Source: Candidatus Limnocylindrales bacterium
GTDB taxonomy: Bacteria > Chloroflexota > Limnocylindria > Limnocylindrales > CSP1-4
DNA length: 60,489 nucleotides
Assembly (NCBI GenBank): GCA_038220425.1
Contig: JBBRIV010000001.1
Span: 1 to 60,489, forward strand
Direction: 5' to 3'
Shown: positions 36,662 through 47,320 of the stretch, in pieces
How positions within the stretch are numbered: the stretch's first letter is position 1
How the letters are laid out: each line of letters opens with the position of its first letter
Position numbers and translations under genes: made by a program
The notes under the pieces: model-generated
Database searches by the model: none
Seen by the model: the letters and a program-made list of their open reading frames with translations, nothing else
Told to the model about the DNA's origin: nothing

Positions 36662-37837
36662 ATGCTCACCCACTCCCACTACGAAGAGGATTCGCGCGTC
36701 CGGCGTGAGGCCGAGTCGCTCGTTGAGCGGGGCCGTCCGGTGGACGTCTACGCGCTCCGCCGGGAGGGCAAGCCGGCCGAGGAGCTGCTCGACGGGGTTC
36801 GTGTTCATCGCCTGGGGGTCGAGCGCCACCAGGGTGCCGGGATCGGGACCTACCTGCGCGAATACCTGTCGTTCCTGGCCCGGGCCGGCTGGTCCGTCAC
36901 CCGTGCCCAGCGTTGCCGCCACTACGCCGTGGTCCAGGTCCATACCCTGCCCGACTTCCTGGCCTTCGGCGGTCTGCCTGTCCGCCTGGTTGGCGTGCCC
37001 ATCCTGCTCGACCTCCACGAGGCCATGCCGGAATTCTTCCGGATGCGCTTCCCGGGGTCGGCCAGCCCGGTTGCCAACCGCCTGCTGCTCATCCAGGAAC
37101 GGGCCAGCATCGGCCTGGCCAGCGCCGTGATCACGGTCAACGAGGCCCTGGCGGACCGGCTGATCGGACTGGGCGTCTCGCCCAGGAAGGTCTCGGTGGT
37201 CCTTAACAGCCCGTCGCTGCGCCGCTTCGATCCGGCGGCCCAACCGGCTCGCCCGTTCATGGCCGACGGTGCCCTGCGCCTGGTGTATGCCGGCGCCCTC
37301 ACCCCGGTATACGAGCTGGACGTGGTCATCAGGGCGCTGGTCGAGCTGCACGAGCGTCGGCCGGAGCTGCCCGTGGAGCTCGAGGTCTACGGCCAGGGGG
37401 ATGCCCAGCCCGGCCTGCAGGCGCTGGTCGCTGAATTGGGCGTGGCCGGTCGCGTCCGGTTTCACGGCCGGATCCCGCTGGAGTCCGTGCCCGCGGCGAT
37501 CGCCGCCGCCGATGTCGGCCTGGCCCCGACCCGGATCAATCGGTTCACCGAGATGAGCCTGTCGACCAAGCTGTTCGAGTACGGCGCGATGGACCGCCCG
37601 ATCGTGGCCTCGGCCCTGCCCCTCGTCGAGCGCACCTTTCCGGCCGGGGCCGTGAGCACCTACCGGCCGGGTGATCCGGCTGATCTTGCCCTGGCCATCC
37701 TGCGCCTGGTGGATGATCCCGCGGCCAGGCTGGCTGGAGTCGCCCTGGCCCGCGCCCGGATTGCCGAACTGGCCTGGGACCACGAGGCGGACCGATTGAT
37801 GAGCCTGGTCGACCGGCTGGCCGGAGACGCCACATGA
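36662..37837 (+). CDS. glycosyltransferase family 4
   Basis: In frame with ORF 36590..37837. Starts MLTHSHYEEDSRVRREAESL. ...LRLVYAGALTPVYELD...LSTKLFEYGAMDRPIVASALP. Confidence 0.85.
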   Translation: MLTHSHYEEDSRVRREAESLVERGRPVDVYALRREGKPAEELLDGVRVHRLGVERHQGAGIGTYLREYLSFLARAGWSVTRAQRCRHYAVVQVHTLPDFLAFGGLPVRLVGVPILLDLHEAMPEFFRMRFPGSASPVANRLLLIQERASIGLASAVITVNEALADRLIGLGVSPRKVSVVLNSPSLRRFDPAAQPARPFMADGALRLVYAGALTPVYELDVVIRALVELHERRPELPVELEVYGQGDAQPGLQALVAELGVAGRVRFHGRIPLESVPAAIAAADVGLAPTRINRFTEMSLSTKLFEYGAMDRPIVASALPLVERTFPAGAVSTYRPGDPADLALAILRLVDDPAARLAGVALARARIAELAWDHEADRLMSLVDRLAGDAT

Positions 37838-37945
37838 ACGGGGTGGACCGATGAGGCGCGGCGCAGATGTACGGTACGATGTCGGACCGCCATGGCGCGG
37901 CCCACGTCCGGGCCCGACGTCCTTCCACGAGGATCATCGAAGCGA

Positions 37946-39694
37946 ATGACCCAGCGTGCCAAACCGGCCCCACCTCGATCACGCCGCTCATCGAGCGACC
38001 GATCAAGCCGGCGAACCCTATACCTCAACCTGGCCTTCCTGGCCATCATCCTGGTTGGCAGCGCCGTCCTGGTCGGGGCCGCCTTTGCGTCGTACGCCGG
38101 CACCCACTGGGCGGAAGTGGCCAATGTCAACGGCGTTTCGATCAACCGAGACCGGGCCCAGGCGGCGGCCAACGTGGCCCTGTTCCGGCTGACCCACCAG
38201 GCGCAGCTGCTCCAGGATGACCTGGCCAGCGGCCGGATCAGCCAGGCCGATTTCGACACCCAGAAATCGACCTTGACCCAGGCCGAGCAGAACGTGTCGA
38301 GTGGCGTGGTCGATGGACTGGTTGATGGCGAGCTCCAGCAACAGCTCGCCAAGAAGGCCGGGATCAGCATTTCCGATGCCCAGGTGGACGCCCAGCTGGT
38401 TACCGACGCGACCACGCCCGAGTCGCGCCACGTGCTGCTCCTGTCGGTCAGCCCAGTGGCGTCTGGGGCCACGCCCACCGATGCCGAGAAGACGATCGCC
38501 CGGGAGACGGCCGAGGCCGCTTATGGCCAGCTCCGAGCGGGCACGGCGTTCGCAACGGTTGCCAAGCAGTTCTCGACCGATTCGAGTGCGGCGGCCGGTG
38601 GCGACCTGGGCTGGATCCGCGAGGCGACGGCCCCCCAGGACGCCGGCTTTGTGAGCGCCATGTTCCAGCTCCCGGTCAACGGGCTGTCCGTGGTGATCCT
38701 GGGCAGCGATGGTTCATACCGGATCGGCTCCGTCGTCGCCATCGCCCCGGCCACAGTCGATCCCAACTACGTCCAGGAGTTCACGGGTGCCGGAGTGAGC
38801 CTGGATGCCTATCGACTCGACGCGCGGGCCAGCCTGGCCGGCCAGGCCCTGTCGGCCAAGATCATCTCCGACGCCACCACGGTTCCCTCGGTCCAGCGCG
38901 AAGTCAGCCAGATCAAGATCGACACGAGCGCCTACACGGGTCCCGGAGTGCAGGTCCGGGCGCGCCACATCCTGTACACGCCCGGCAACATTGCGCCGGG
39001 CACGGCCAGTCCGCTGCCGTCAGGCGACCCGGGCTGGGCGCAGGCCCAGGCCCTCGCCGAGGCCACCTACTCCACCCTCCAGAAGCTGGTCGGGACGCCC
39101 GCCCTGGCCACCCAGTTCGCGGCGATCGCCACGAAGGACAGCAAGGACTCCGGTTCGGCAGTGGACGGCGGCATGCTGCCCTACTACGACGCCGGTTCGG
39201 GCCTCGATCCGGCGTTCGGGAAGGCGATCTTTGCCTCCACGGTCAAGGCCGGCGACCTGTTGCCGCCCGTGCGCAGCCAGTTCGGCTGGCACGTGATCCT
39301 GATCGACTCCATCCGTCCGGCGCCGGCCGACCGGGCCAAGACCCTGCAGGCCCAGGCGGCCACCGCGGGCACCGACTTCGCGGCCCTGGCCAAGGCCAAT
39401 TCCGACGGCAGTGACGCGAGCACCGGCGGCGACATGGGCTGGATCGCCCGCAACCAGGTGGCCGCCGAGATCGAGAAAGCCATCTTCGCCGCCCCGGTTG
39501 GCAGCCCCAGCGCGGTCATCACCGAGTCGACCGGCCTGTACATCTACAAGGTCAACCAGGAGCAGACCCGCCTGCCCGACACCACTCAGCTGGTGATCCT
39601 CAAGAGTTCCGCGTTCACGAACTGGTACGCCATCCAGAAGGCCAGCGCGCAGATCTCGGGTCCGGGAATCACGCCGAGCTCCGTAGCTCCCTAG
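37946..39694 (+). CDS. membrane-anchored parvulin-type peptidyl-prolyl isomerase (SurA/PrsA-like, two rotamase modules)
   Basis: ATG at 37946 within ORF 37892..39694. N-terminal TM helix LNLAFLAIILVGSAVLV. Rotamase motifs ARHILY...GGMLPYY...FGWHVILID and GGDMGWI. Confidence 0.85.
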   Translation: MTQRAKPAPPRSRRSSSDRSSRRTLYLNLAFLAIILVGSAVLVGAAFASYAGTHWAEVANVNGVSINRDRAQAAANVALFRLTHQAQLLQDDLASGRISQADFDTQKSTLTQAEQNVSSGVVDGLVDGELQQQLAKKAGISISDAQVDAQLVTDATTPESRHVLLLSVSPVASGATPTDAEKTIARETAEAAYGQLRAGTAFATVAKQFSTDSSAAAGGDLGWIREATAPQDAGFVSAMFQLPVNGLSVVILGSDGSYRIGSVVAIAPATVDPNYVQEFTGAGVSLDAYRLDARASLAGQALSAKIISDATTVPSVQREVSQIKIDTSAYTGPGVQVRARHILYTPGNIAPGTASPLPSGDPGWAQAQALAEATYSTLQKLVGTPALATQFAAIATKDSKDSGSAVDGGMLPYYDAGSGLDPAFGKAIFASTVKAGDLLPPVRSQFGWHVILIDSIRPAPADRAKTLQAQAATAGTDFAALAKANSDGSDASTGGDMGWIARNQVAAEIEKAIFAAPVGSPSAVITESTGLYIYKVNQEQTRLPDTTQLVILKSSAFTNWYAIQKASAQISGPGITPSSVAP

Positions 39695-39703
39695 CGCCGC
39701 CCG

Positions 39704-40876
39704 ATGCTCGACGCGCTGCTGGCCGAGGCCCGGCTCCGTTGGCGGCTCGATCCGTCCGACGGGCTCCAGGTGGCAGCCGCCGAACGCCTGATCGAGACGC
39801 CGATCGAGCCCAGCCGGCCGCTGATCATCGTGCCGGGGGCGATCCTCGGGGGGGCCGTGGCGAGTCCGGCTGGCGACGTGCCCACGGCCCTGCCCGGCCG
39901 GCACGGCCCGCTTGGCCGCGATCCGCTGATCCTCCTCGCCCGGCTCTATCCGGCCGCGCACCCGGTTGGCCGCTTTGGTGCCACGGCTGAGACGACGATC
40001 GGCGCGCTGACCGCAGGCGATCTCCGCGGGCCCCTCTATATCGGGCCGGTTGCGCCCGAGCTGGCCAGCGCCGGACCGTGGGCAATGCCCTGGATCAGCA
40101 ACCGCCTGCGATTGCCCGATGGCTGCCCGTGGGACCAGGAACAGACCCACGCCTCGCTCCGCAAGCACCTCCTCGAAGAGGCCTACGAGGTCTATGACGC
40201 CCTGGCCGATGGGCCCACGCCGGCCCTGGCCGGGGAGCTTGGCGATCTACTCCTGCAGGTGATCCTGCACGCCCAGCTGGCGGCCGAGGCCGGCGTATTC
40301 GACCTCGCCGACGTCCAGGCCGCCCTCGCCACGAAGATCGTCCGGCGCCACCCGCACGTGTTCGGCGAGGCCGAGGCGCGCACGGCCGCCGACGTGAACC
40401 GCCAGTGGGAGCGGATCAAGGCCGACGAACGGGGCGACGCCACGCAGAGCGCCCTCGATGGGATCAGCCGGTCGATGCCCGCCCTGGCCGCCAGCCAGGA
40501 GATGCAGGAGCGTGCGGCGGCCCTTGGCTACGACTGGCCGTCGATCGAGGGCATCCTGGCCAAGGTCCACGAGGAGCTTGGCGAGTTCCTGGCTGCGGAC
40601 AGCGACGCCCACCGCGAGGAAGAGCTGGGCGACCTGCTGATGGTGGCCGTCAACCTTGGTCGCCGCCAGGGCGTTGAGGCCGAGGCGGCGCTGCGCTTCG
40701 CCAACGACAAGTTCCGGCGGCGCTTCCGGAGCGTCGAGCGCCAGGCCGCCGAGCAGGGCGTCGCCTTGCGTGACCTTGATTTTGCCCAGCTCGATGTCCT
40801 GTGGGCACAGGCCAAAGTCGAAGAACGCCAGTCCACTGAGCAACCGTCCGAACAGCACCTGGAGAAGCCCCGATGA
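39704..40876 (+). CDS. mazG: MazG nucleoside-triphosphate pyrophosphohydrolase with degenerate YabN-like N-terminal domain
   Basis: Tandem MazG modules ([27 protein letters not shown]...; EELGEFL...[13 protein letters not shown]). Confidence 0.9.
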   Translation: MLDALLAEARLRWRLDPSDGLQVAAAERLIETPIEPSRPLIIVPGAILGGAVASPAGDVPTALPGRHGPLGRDPLILLARLYPAAHPVGRFGATAETTIGALTAGDLRGPLYIGPVAPELASAGPWAMPWISNRLRLPDGCPWDQEQTHASLRKHLLEEAYEVYDALADGPTPALAGELGDLLLQVILHAQLAAEAGVFDLADVQAALATKIVRRHPHVFGEAEARTAADVNRQWERIKADERGDATQSALDGISRSMPALAASQEMQERAAALGYDWPSIEGILAKVHEELGEFLAADSDAHREEELGDLLMVAVNLGRRQGVEAEAALRFANDKFRRRFRSVERQAAEQGVALRDLDFAQLDVLWAQAKVEERQSTEQPSEQHLEKPR

Positions 40877-41610
40877 CCATCGGCAACCAGCCGCCCACGG
40901 TACGCGCCGACGGTCGCGGCCCAACCGACCTGCGGCCCGTCACCCTGACCCTGGACGTCCTCAAGTGGGCCGAGGGCTCGTGCCGGATCCGGGTCGGCGA
41001 CACCGAGGTGCTGTGCGCGGCCTCGATCGAGGACCGCGTCCCGCCCCATCTCCGGGGCAAGGGCACCGGCTGGGTCACGGCCGAATACTCGATGCTGCCT
41101 CGGGCAACCGCCGAGCGCACCCAGCGCGAGTCGGCCAAGGGCCGGATCGGCGGCCGAACCCACGAGATCCAGCGCCTGGTGGGGCGATCGCTGCGGGGCG
41201 TGGTGGACCTGGCCAAGCTGGGCGAGCGCACGATCACGATCGACTGCGATGTCCTCCAGGCCGACGGTGGCACCCGGACCGCGTCGATCACGGGGGGCTA
41301 CGTGGCCCTGGCGGCGGCCCTGATCACCTACGGCATGGAGCGCACGATCAGCGGCAAGGTCGCCGCGGTCAGCGTGGGGATCGTGGGCGAGCAGGCCTAC
41401 CTGGACCTGGACTATTCGGAGGATTCCCGGGCCGAGGTTGACTTCAACGTGGTCGGGACCGACGCCGGGGCGTATGTCGAGCTGCAGGGAACGGCCGAGG
41501 GCAAGCCCTTCGATCGGGCCGGGCTGACCAGCCTGCTCGACCTGGCCGGGACGGGCCTCGAACGGTTGTTTGCCGCGCAGGCCGCCGCGCTGGCCCAGGT
41601 CAAGCGCTGA
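40873..41610 (+). CDS. rph: ribonuclease PH
   Basis: [15 protein letters not shown]...[14 protein letters not shown]..., [32 protein letters not shown]. Confidence 0.97.
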   Translation: MTIGNQPPTVRADGRGPTDLRPVTLTLDVLKWAEGSCRIRVGDTEVLCAASIEDRVPPHLRGKGTGWVTAEYSMLPRATAERTQRESAKGRIGGRTHEIQRLVGRSLRGVVDLAKLGERTITIDCDVLQADGGTRTASITGGYVALAAALITYGMERTISGKVAAVSVGIVGEQAYLDLDYSEDSRAEVDFNVVGTDAGAYVELQGTAEGKPFDRAGLTSLLDLAGTGLERLFAAQAAALAQVKR

Positions 41611-41615
41611 CCAAC

Positions 41616-42254
41616 ATGCCGGCCCGGCCGCGGATCGTCATCGCCACCCACTCGAGCCACAAGCTGGCCGAGCTGGCTGCGCTGCTCCGACCCGAGCGGG
41701 CCGAGCTGCTGACCCTGGATGCCCTGGCGATCGCGGTCGACCCGGTCGAGGACGGCCTGACCTTCGAGGCCAACGCCCGGCTCAAGGCCCGCTTCTACGC
41801 CCGCCTGACCGGCCTGCCCACAATCGCCGACGACTCGGGGATCGAGGTGGACGCGCTCCACGGCGGTCCCGGCGTGCGCACCCGGCGCTATGCGGGCGAG
41901 ACCGCGACCGATGTCCAGAACAACACGAAGCTGCTGGCGGTGCTGGCCGGGTTGCCGGCTGACCAGCGTGGAGCCCGCTACGTGTGCGTGCTGACGTTCG
42001 TGCTGCCCGACCAGGCCGGCCGGCGAGGTGGCCTGCCGATCGCCGCCGAAGCCCGGGGCACGCTCCGTGGCCGGATCGCCGAGGGCCCCCGGGGCAGCGC
42101 CGGCTTTGGCTACGACCCGATCTTCGAACCGCTCACGGAGCGGCCCGGCGGGCGCACGATCGGCCAGCACTCCGCCCCCGAAAAGGCGGCGATCTCGCAC
42201 CGATCCCGGGCTGCCCGGCGCCTCGCACCGCGACTGCACGCCCTGGGGTTCTGA
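41616..42254 (+). CDS. rdgB: RdgB/HAM1 non-canonical purine NTP pyrophosphatase
   Basis: IVIATHSSHKLAEL..., ADDSGIEVDAL.GGPGV.TRRYAG, GFGYDPIF, SHRSRA. Confidence 0.95.
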   Translation: MPARPRIVIATHSSHKLAELAALLRPERAELLTLDALAIAVDPVEDGLTFEANARLKARFYARLTGLPTIADDSGIEVDALHGGPGVRTRRYAGETATDVQNNTKLLAVLAGLPADQRGARYVCVLTFVLPDQAGRRGGLPIAAEARGTLRGRIAEGPRGSAGFGYDPIFEPLTERPGGRTIGQHSAPEKAAISHRSRAARRLAPRLHALGF

Positions 42255-42862
42255 GTCGCGCGCCGGGTTCGGTGCCGGTTCGGATGGGCGCGGCGGGCAG
42301 TTGTGTCGCGGCGCGCGCAGTTGTGTCGCGGCGCGGGCCCGGTTCTTCTCGAATACCTGCCGGGGGAGTGCAAAAGCAGGAATCGGCCCCACCGGCCCCC
42401 GATTTGGCCCGGCTGGACGCGCCGCCACGCACGAATTCGCGTCGCGCGGAGCCACGGCTCGCTCGAATCGCCCACGGTTCTGATCGAGTACTACTCGGGC
42501 GAATATTCGAGAAGAAGTCGAGCCGCTCCAGACGGGCGGCCGGCACGGGCAGCCTGGACTGAGCGCAGCCGGGATCATCGGCTCGTTCTGAGTCGCGCGC
42601 TACATCGCCGGGAAGTCGCGCGTCTGAACTTCGGCGCCGGGCGGTGACTGGCAGGTAACTTGGGACCGCCCGGCGTTCCTGTGCCTGCCACCGGGCGTGA
42701 GCGAGCCCAAACTTCACAGCTGCAACAACTGGCTACCACGCTCAGAATCGCTCAAACCTTGAACATTCGTTCACCAGATCGCGGAACGGCCTGATAGACT
42801 CTGGCCCGGCCGGCCGTTCCTGGCCGCCGCCGTCGGATACCGCAGCTGGAGTCAGGCCCCGC

Positions 42863-44389
42863 GTGCAGGCCCATCGCATTCGTCGTGATTCGCCAGGCCA
42901 GCGGCCACCCGCCGTCCGGCCCCTGCGGCGCGACGCCCGGCCGCTGGAGCGCGCTGAGCAGCCCGTTGACCCCACTCGAGTCCAGGTGCGCCGCTACGTC
43001 GACGAGGACGCCGACGATCTGGCCGCGGCCCGGCCCAGCGATCGGCGGCGAGTCTTCAGCGCCCTGCTCTCGTCGTTCCTGCCGGGCAGCGGCCAGCTGG
43101 TCAATGCCAGCTGGCGGATCGCCGTCCAGTTCGCCCTGCCCAGCTTGGCCCTGATCGGGATCGCCGTTCTCATCGGCCGGCTGGTGCCACTGCCGCAGCT
43201 CCTCGCCCTGGTCCTGGCCCCGACCACGATCGTGGCCCTGCTGATCGTCAATGCCGTGGCCTTCGCCTGGCGAATCCTGGCCGCCGGCCAGGCGTTCTTC
43301 GACCAGCGCTTCGACTGGCGCCCGAGCCGGGGTGCCGCTGCCGGGCTGGCGGCGATCTTCGTGGTCACGGCCGTGCCCCACCTGTTTGCCGCCTCGGTTG
43401 GCCTCGGCGCGATGAACGCGTTCTCGTCGATCTTCTCGAACACGGCGATCAGCGGCGGGGTGGCCGGTGCCCAGAGTGGCCTGGTCCCGGTCGCCGGCAG
43501 CCGGATCAACATCCTGCTGGTGGGTGTCGACTCAGGCGCCGGCCGGGATCATGCCCTGACCGACTCGATGATGGTCGTCTCGGTCGACCCGGTCGGGAAG
43601 ACGGCCAGCATGGTCTCGTTGCCCCGGGACATGGTCAATGCGCCGCTCACCGGCGGGGGCGTCTTCGCGGCCAAGCTGAATTCACTCATGAGCTTTGCCC
43701 AGACCCATCCCAAGGACTTCCCGGTGGGTGGCATGCGCACCCTGGAGGACAGTGTCGGGCTGATCCTGGGGATCCCGATCAACTACTACGTGACCGCCGA
43801 CCTGGCCTCGTTCGTGACCCTCGTCGATGCGCTGGGCGGGATCGACATCAACATTGCCAAGCCCCTCGATGACCCCACGTACCACGGCTACGGCGTCCAC
43901 ATGGGCTGGTCGGTGACCGCCGGTCCGCATCATTTCAATGGCTCAGACGCGCTGGCCTATGCCCGGATCCGGCACCCGGCCGGCGAGAGTGACTTCACCC
44001 GCCAGGCCCGCCAGCAGCTGCTCCTGCTGGCCCTGCGCCGGCAGATCAGCAGCCCCGACCTCGTCCTGCGCCTGCCCGCCCTGATCGCCGCCGTTGGGCA
44101 CGACATCGAGACCGACCTGCCCCGTGACCAGCTGCCCAACCTGGCCGCGATCGCATCCGAGATCGGCCCGAAGTCGATCTTCCAGGTCGTGATTCGCTTC
44201 CCGCTGGTTCACCCGGCGTCGATCTCGCCGTACGGCTCCGTCCAGGTCGCCGACCTGGTCAAGATCCGGGCCATGGCCGCCCAGTTGTTCGGCGTGCCGG
44301 GCACCCGGCCTGTCGTGGGCGGCGCGGCTGCCGGCGCGAGCAGCGACCCCGGGGCCAGTCCCAGCCCCGACCCCAGCCCGGGCCCCTAG
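42863..44389 (+). CDS. LCP (LytR-CpsA-Psr) family glycopolymer-peptidoglycan ligase
   Basis: N-terminal TM region, then RINILLVGVDSG...HALTDSMMVVSVDP...SMVSLPRDM...ALAYARIRH. The GTG start at 42863 is uncertain. Confidence 0.88.
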   Translation: MQAHRIRRDSPGQRPPAVRPLRRDARPLERAEQPVDPTRVQVRRYVDEDADDLAAARPSDRRRVFSALLSSFLPGSGQLVNASWRIAVQFALPSLALIGIAVLIGRLVPLPQLLALVLAPTTIVALLIVNAVAFAWRILAAGQAFFDQRFDWRPSRGAAAGLAAIFVVTAVPHLFAASVGLGAMNAFSSIFSNTAISGGVAGAQSGLVPVAGSRINILLVGVDSGAGRDHALTDSMMVVSVDPVGKTASMVSLPRDMVNAPLTGGGVFAAKLNSLMSFAQTHPKDFPVGGMRTLEDSVGLILGIPINYYVTADLASFVTLVDALGGIDINIAKPLDDPTYHGYGVHMGWSVTAGPHHFNGSDALAYARIRHPAGESDFTRQARQQLLLLALRRQISSPDLVLRLPALIAAVGHDIETDLPRDQLPNLAAIASEIGPKSIFQVVIRFPLVHPASISPYGSVQVADLVKIRAMAAQLFGVPGTRPVVGGAAAGASSDPGASPSPDPSPGP

Positions 44390-44422
44390 CCCGAGCTCAT
44401 GGCCCGGCCCGCTCGCCGGGAC

Positions 44423-45247
44423 CTACAGGATCTTCGACAGGAAGCTCTTCGTCCGTTCCTGCTGAGGGTTCGTGAAGAAGTGCTCGGGCGTGCCTTCCTC
44501 GATGATCAGGCCGTCGTCCATCATGACCATCCGGTCGGCCACTTCGCGGGCAAAGCCCATCTCATGGCTGACCACGATCATGGTCATGCCTTCCCGGGCG
44601 AGCTCCTTCATGACCTCCAGGACCTCACCGATCATCTCCGGGTCGAGGGCGCTGGTGGGTTCGTCGAACAGGAGCACCGCCGGACGCATGGCCAGGGCCC
44701 GGGCGATCGCCACCCGTTGCTGCTGGCCGCCGGACAGCTGGGCCGGGTAGGCATCTTCCTTGTGGGCGAGGCCGACACGGGTCAGGAGCTTGCGGCCCAT
44801 CTCCATCGCCTCGTCCACGGCCATCCCGCGAACCTGGACGGGTGCCTCGATGATGTTGCCCAGGGCCGTCTTGTGGGGGAACAGGTTGAAGCGCTGGAAG
44901 ACCATCCCGATCTCCTGGCGCTGGCGGGCGATGTTCCGTTCCTTGTCCGAGATGAGCTTGCCGTTCTCTTCGCGGTAGCCGATCAGGTGCCCGTTCACCT
45001 TGATCCGGCCCTGCTGGATCTTCTCGAGGTGATTGACGCAGCGAATGAACGTGGTCTTGCCCGAGCCGGACGGTCCGCAGACGACCACGACCTCGGCCTG
45101 CCGGACCGTCATCGAGACGCCCTTGAGGACCTCGTTCTTGCCGAACCATTTGTGGATGTCGGTGACCTCGACCACGTTGGTAGCCGTGGACGGGGGCGCC
45201 CCGCCGATCGCCTCGAGCAGGTTGATGTCGTCAGGCTGGCTGGTCAA
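44423..45247 (-). CDS. polar amino-acid ABC transporter ATP-binding protein
   Basis: ORF 44423..45352. TTG at 45247 overlaps the permease stop (TTGA). Walker [10 protein letters not shown], signature [15 protein letters not shown], Walker [12 protein letters not shown]. Confidence 0.92.
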   Translation of the reverse strand: MTSQPDDINLLEAIGGAPPSTATNVVEVTDIHKWFGKNEVLKGVSMTVRQAEVVVVCGPSGSGKTTFIRCVNHLEKIQQGRIKVNGHLIGYREENGKLISDKERNIARQRQEIGMVFQRFNLFPHKTALGNIIEAPVQVRGMAVDEAMEMGRKLLTRVGLAHKEDAYPAQLSGGQQQRVAIARALAMRPAVLLFDEPTSALDPEMIGEVLEVMKELAREGMTMIVVSHEMGFAREVADRMVMMDDGLIIEEGTPEHFFTNPQQERTKSFLSKIL

Positions 45248-46137
45248 TGGCCACCTCCCGATGGGCCGCGGAAGCCGAGGATCCGGGTCGCCAGGCTCGG
45301 TCCCGCCGCTGACGCGCCCGGTGTGCCCTTGGCCAGGCGGCGCTCGATCCATGACTGGACCACCCCCCAGATCGTGGTCAGCAGGAGATACCAGACGGCC
45401 GCGGCAAGGTAGTACTCGAACGGCGTGAACGAGTTGCCCTGCTTGATGTTGAACACCGAGTAGAGCTCGACCACGCTCAGGACGAAGAGCAGCGAGGTGG
45501 TCTTGAGCATATTGTTGAACTCGTTGCCGAGCGGCGGAATGATCACCCGGGCGGCCTGGGGCAGGACGATCCGGCGCATCGCCTTGCCCGGGGTCATGCC
45601 CAGGGCCCGGGCGGCTTCCATCTGGCCCGGGTCGACCGCCAGGATGCCGGCGCGGACAATCTCGGCCATGTAGGCACCCTCGTTCAGGCCCAGGGCAAAG
45701 ATCCCGGCCTGGACGGCGCCTTCGATCGTGATCGGACCGAGCGTCAGATCGGGCCAGGTGTAGATCCGGGCGACGCTCAGACCGTAGAAGAAGAAGACGA
45801 GCTGGACGATCAGGGGCGTGCCCCGGAAGAACCAGATGTACACGTTCGCCAGCCAGCGAATCGGGAGCACCTTGGACATCTTGCCGAGGGCCGCAAAGAT
45901 CCCGATCACCACGCCGATCGCCTGGGCAATGATCGAGATGACCACGGTCAGGAACAGGCCATTGAGGATTTGCGAATCAGGCCGGAAGATCGAATCGAAG
46001 AATAGGTTCCAGTGATACGGATACGGCGCCCGTTCAGACGCGCAGCCCGCCAGGGTGAGTGCGACGACGACAAGCACCCCGACCGCGAGTGCGGATCGGG
46101 GTGCTCGCATCGAGCGAACGCGAACGGACGTGCTCAT
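45244..46137 (-). CDS. polar amino-acid ABC transporter permease (His/Glu/Gln/Arg/opine family)
   Basis: ATG at 46137 within ORF 45244..46293. EAA-loop region [22 protein letters not shown]. Confidence 0.92.
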   Translation of the reverse strand: MSTSVRVRSMRAPRSALAVGVLVVVALTLAGCASERAPYPYHWNLFFDSIFRPDSQILNGLFLTVVISIIAQAIGVVIGIFAALGKMSKVLPIRWLANVYIWFFRGTPLIVQLVFFFYGLSVARIYTWPDLTLGPITIEGAVQAGIFALGLNEGAYMAEIVRAGILAVDPGQMEAARALGMTPGKAMRRIVLPQAARVIIPPLGNEFNNMLKTTSLLFVLSVVELYSVFNIKQGNSFTPFEYYLAAAVWYLLLTTIWGVVQSWIERRLAKGTPGASAAGPSLATRILGFRGPSGGGH

Positions 46138-46165
46138 CGGGCGAGCCGTCGCCACCGCGATCGCG

Positions 46166-47137
46166 CTACTGGATCTTGTTGACGGTCGAGATGTCGGCTG
46201 CCGTGAGGGCACCCGAGTCGACCGCGTACTTCTTGAGGATCGCCAGGTAGGTCCCGTCGCTGACCATCGAGAGGAGCGCCTGCTGGACGGCATCCCGGAG
46301 CCCGGTGTTGCTCTTCAAGACGCTGATCCCGGCGAAGGCCGGAGCGAGCGGCGGGATCGGCGCAAGGACGAACTGGTCGGGGTGCTGGATGGTGTAGTAG
46401 GCGGCCGGTGGGGTATCCGCGAAGTAGGCGTCCACTTGGCCCGACTGGAGCGCGAGAAGCGCGTCGGAGTCCTTGCCGAATGACTTGGACGTGATCGCCG
46501 GCTTGCCCTTCGTGACGCAGGCTGGAGACAGTGTCTTCGCGAGGTAGTCGACCTCGGTCGTGCCGGTCTCGGCCCCGACCTTCTTGCCGCACAGGTCGTC
46601 CGTTGTGTTGATCCCGGCCGGGTTGCCCACGGCCACGACGAACGACTGGCCCGCCTGGAAGTACGGGATCATGTCCACCTGCTTCACCCGGTCGGCCGTG
46701 ATGTTCTGGTCGCTGATGATGATGTCGCACTTGTTGGCGATCAGGGCCGGGACGATCGTGTCGAAGACCGTGTTGTTGATCACGGCATTCAGCCCGAGTC
46801 GCTTGGCGATCTCCTGACCGATCTCGATGTCGGAACCGATCGGCTTGGCATTCGGGTCGAAGTACTCAAGGGGCGGGTAGGGGATGTCCGAGCAGATCGC
46901 GAGGCCGCCCGCCACCGTCAGGGCGGCGCCGGACGGAAGCGGAATGGTCGACGGGGCCGCAGTTGGGCTGGCAGACGGCGCGACGCTGGGCGCCGCGCTG
47001 GCCGACGCGGCAGCCGTTGGGGCGACAGTTGGCGCAGCCGTGGGCGGCACCGCGGATGGGCTGGCCGCCGCAGTGCAGGCGGACAGGACGATGGCCAGGG
47101 TCGCAGCTGCGACAGCGGCCGTGCGCAACGAACGCAT
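46166..47137 (-). CDS. amino-acid ABC transporter substrate-binding lipoprotein
   Basis: ATG at 47137 with GGAGGAG RBS. Lipobox LSAC, an Ala/Pro/Ser linker, then an SBP type-3 fold (...DIIISDQNITADR...). Confidence 0.88.
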   Translation of the reverse strand: MRSLRTAAVAAATLAIVLSACTAAASPSAVPPTAAPTVAPTAAASASAAPSVAPSASPTAAPSTIPLPSGAALTVAGGLAICSDIPYPPLEYFDPNAKPIGSDIEIGQEIAKRLGLNAVINNTVFDTIVPALIANKCDIIISDQNITADRVKQVDMIPYFQAGQSFVVAVGNPAGINTTDDLCGKKVGAETGTTEVDYLAKTLSPACVTKGKPAITSKSFGKDSDALLALQSGQVDAYFADTPPAAYYTIQHPDQFVLAPIPPLAPAFAGISVLKSNTGLRDAVQQALLSMVSDGTYLAILKKYAVDSGALTAADISTVNKIQ

Positions 47138-47320
47138 TCCGGATCTCCTCCAACGAATCATTGTGATGTTCGACGCGCTGCGGCGTCCCCCGGCAGGGAC
47201 TCCTCCTCCTACCGAGACGGGCGCAGCGTAGCACCACGCCCCCCACAACGGCCGGGTTGTCTCGTCGCTATTTCGTTGCGCCGACCCGTTCCGCTACGAT
47301 GTCCTAGGTATACGTAGGAG

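Noticed and set aside
42255-42862. The long spacer as a housekeeping RNA gene (RNase P RNA, tmRNA, SRP/4.5S RNA) or a known riboswitch (TPP, ZTP, SAM, cobalamin).
   Set aside because: None of the conserved core strings I know for these RNAs is present. Missing examples include GAGGAAAGTCC for RNase P, a tRNA-like 3' end with CTCCACCA for tmRNA, the GGAAGCAGCC-type SRP domain IV, and CTGAGA...ACCTGATCTGG for TPP.
44403-44420. The short GC hairpin cccggc-ccgctc-gccggg between the convergent LCP and ABC-ATPase genes, as a terminator.
   Set aside because: The stem is only 6 bp and there is no U-tract on either strand. That is too weak to call from sequence alone.
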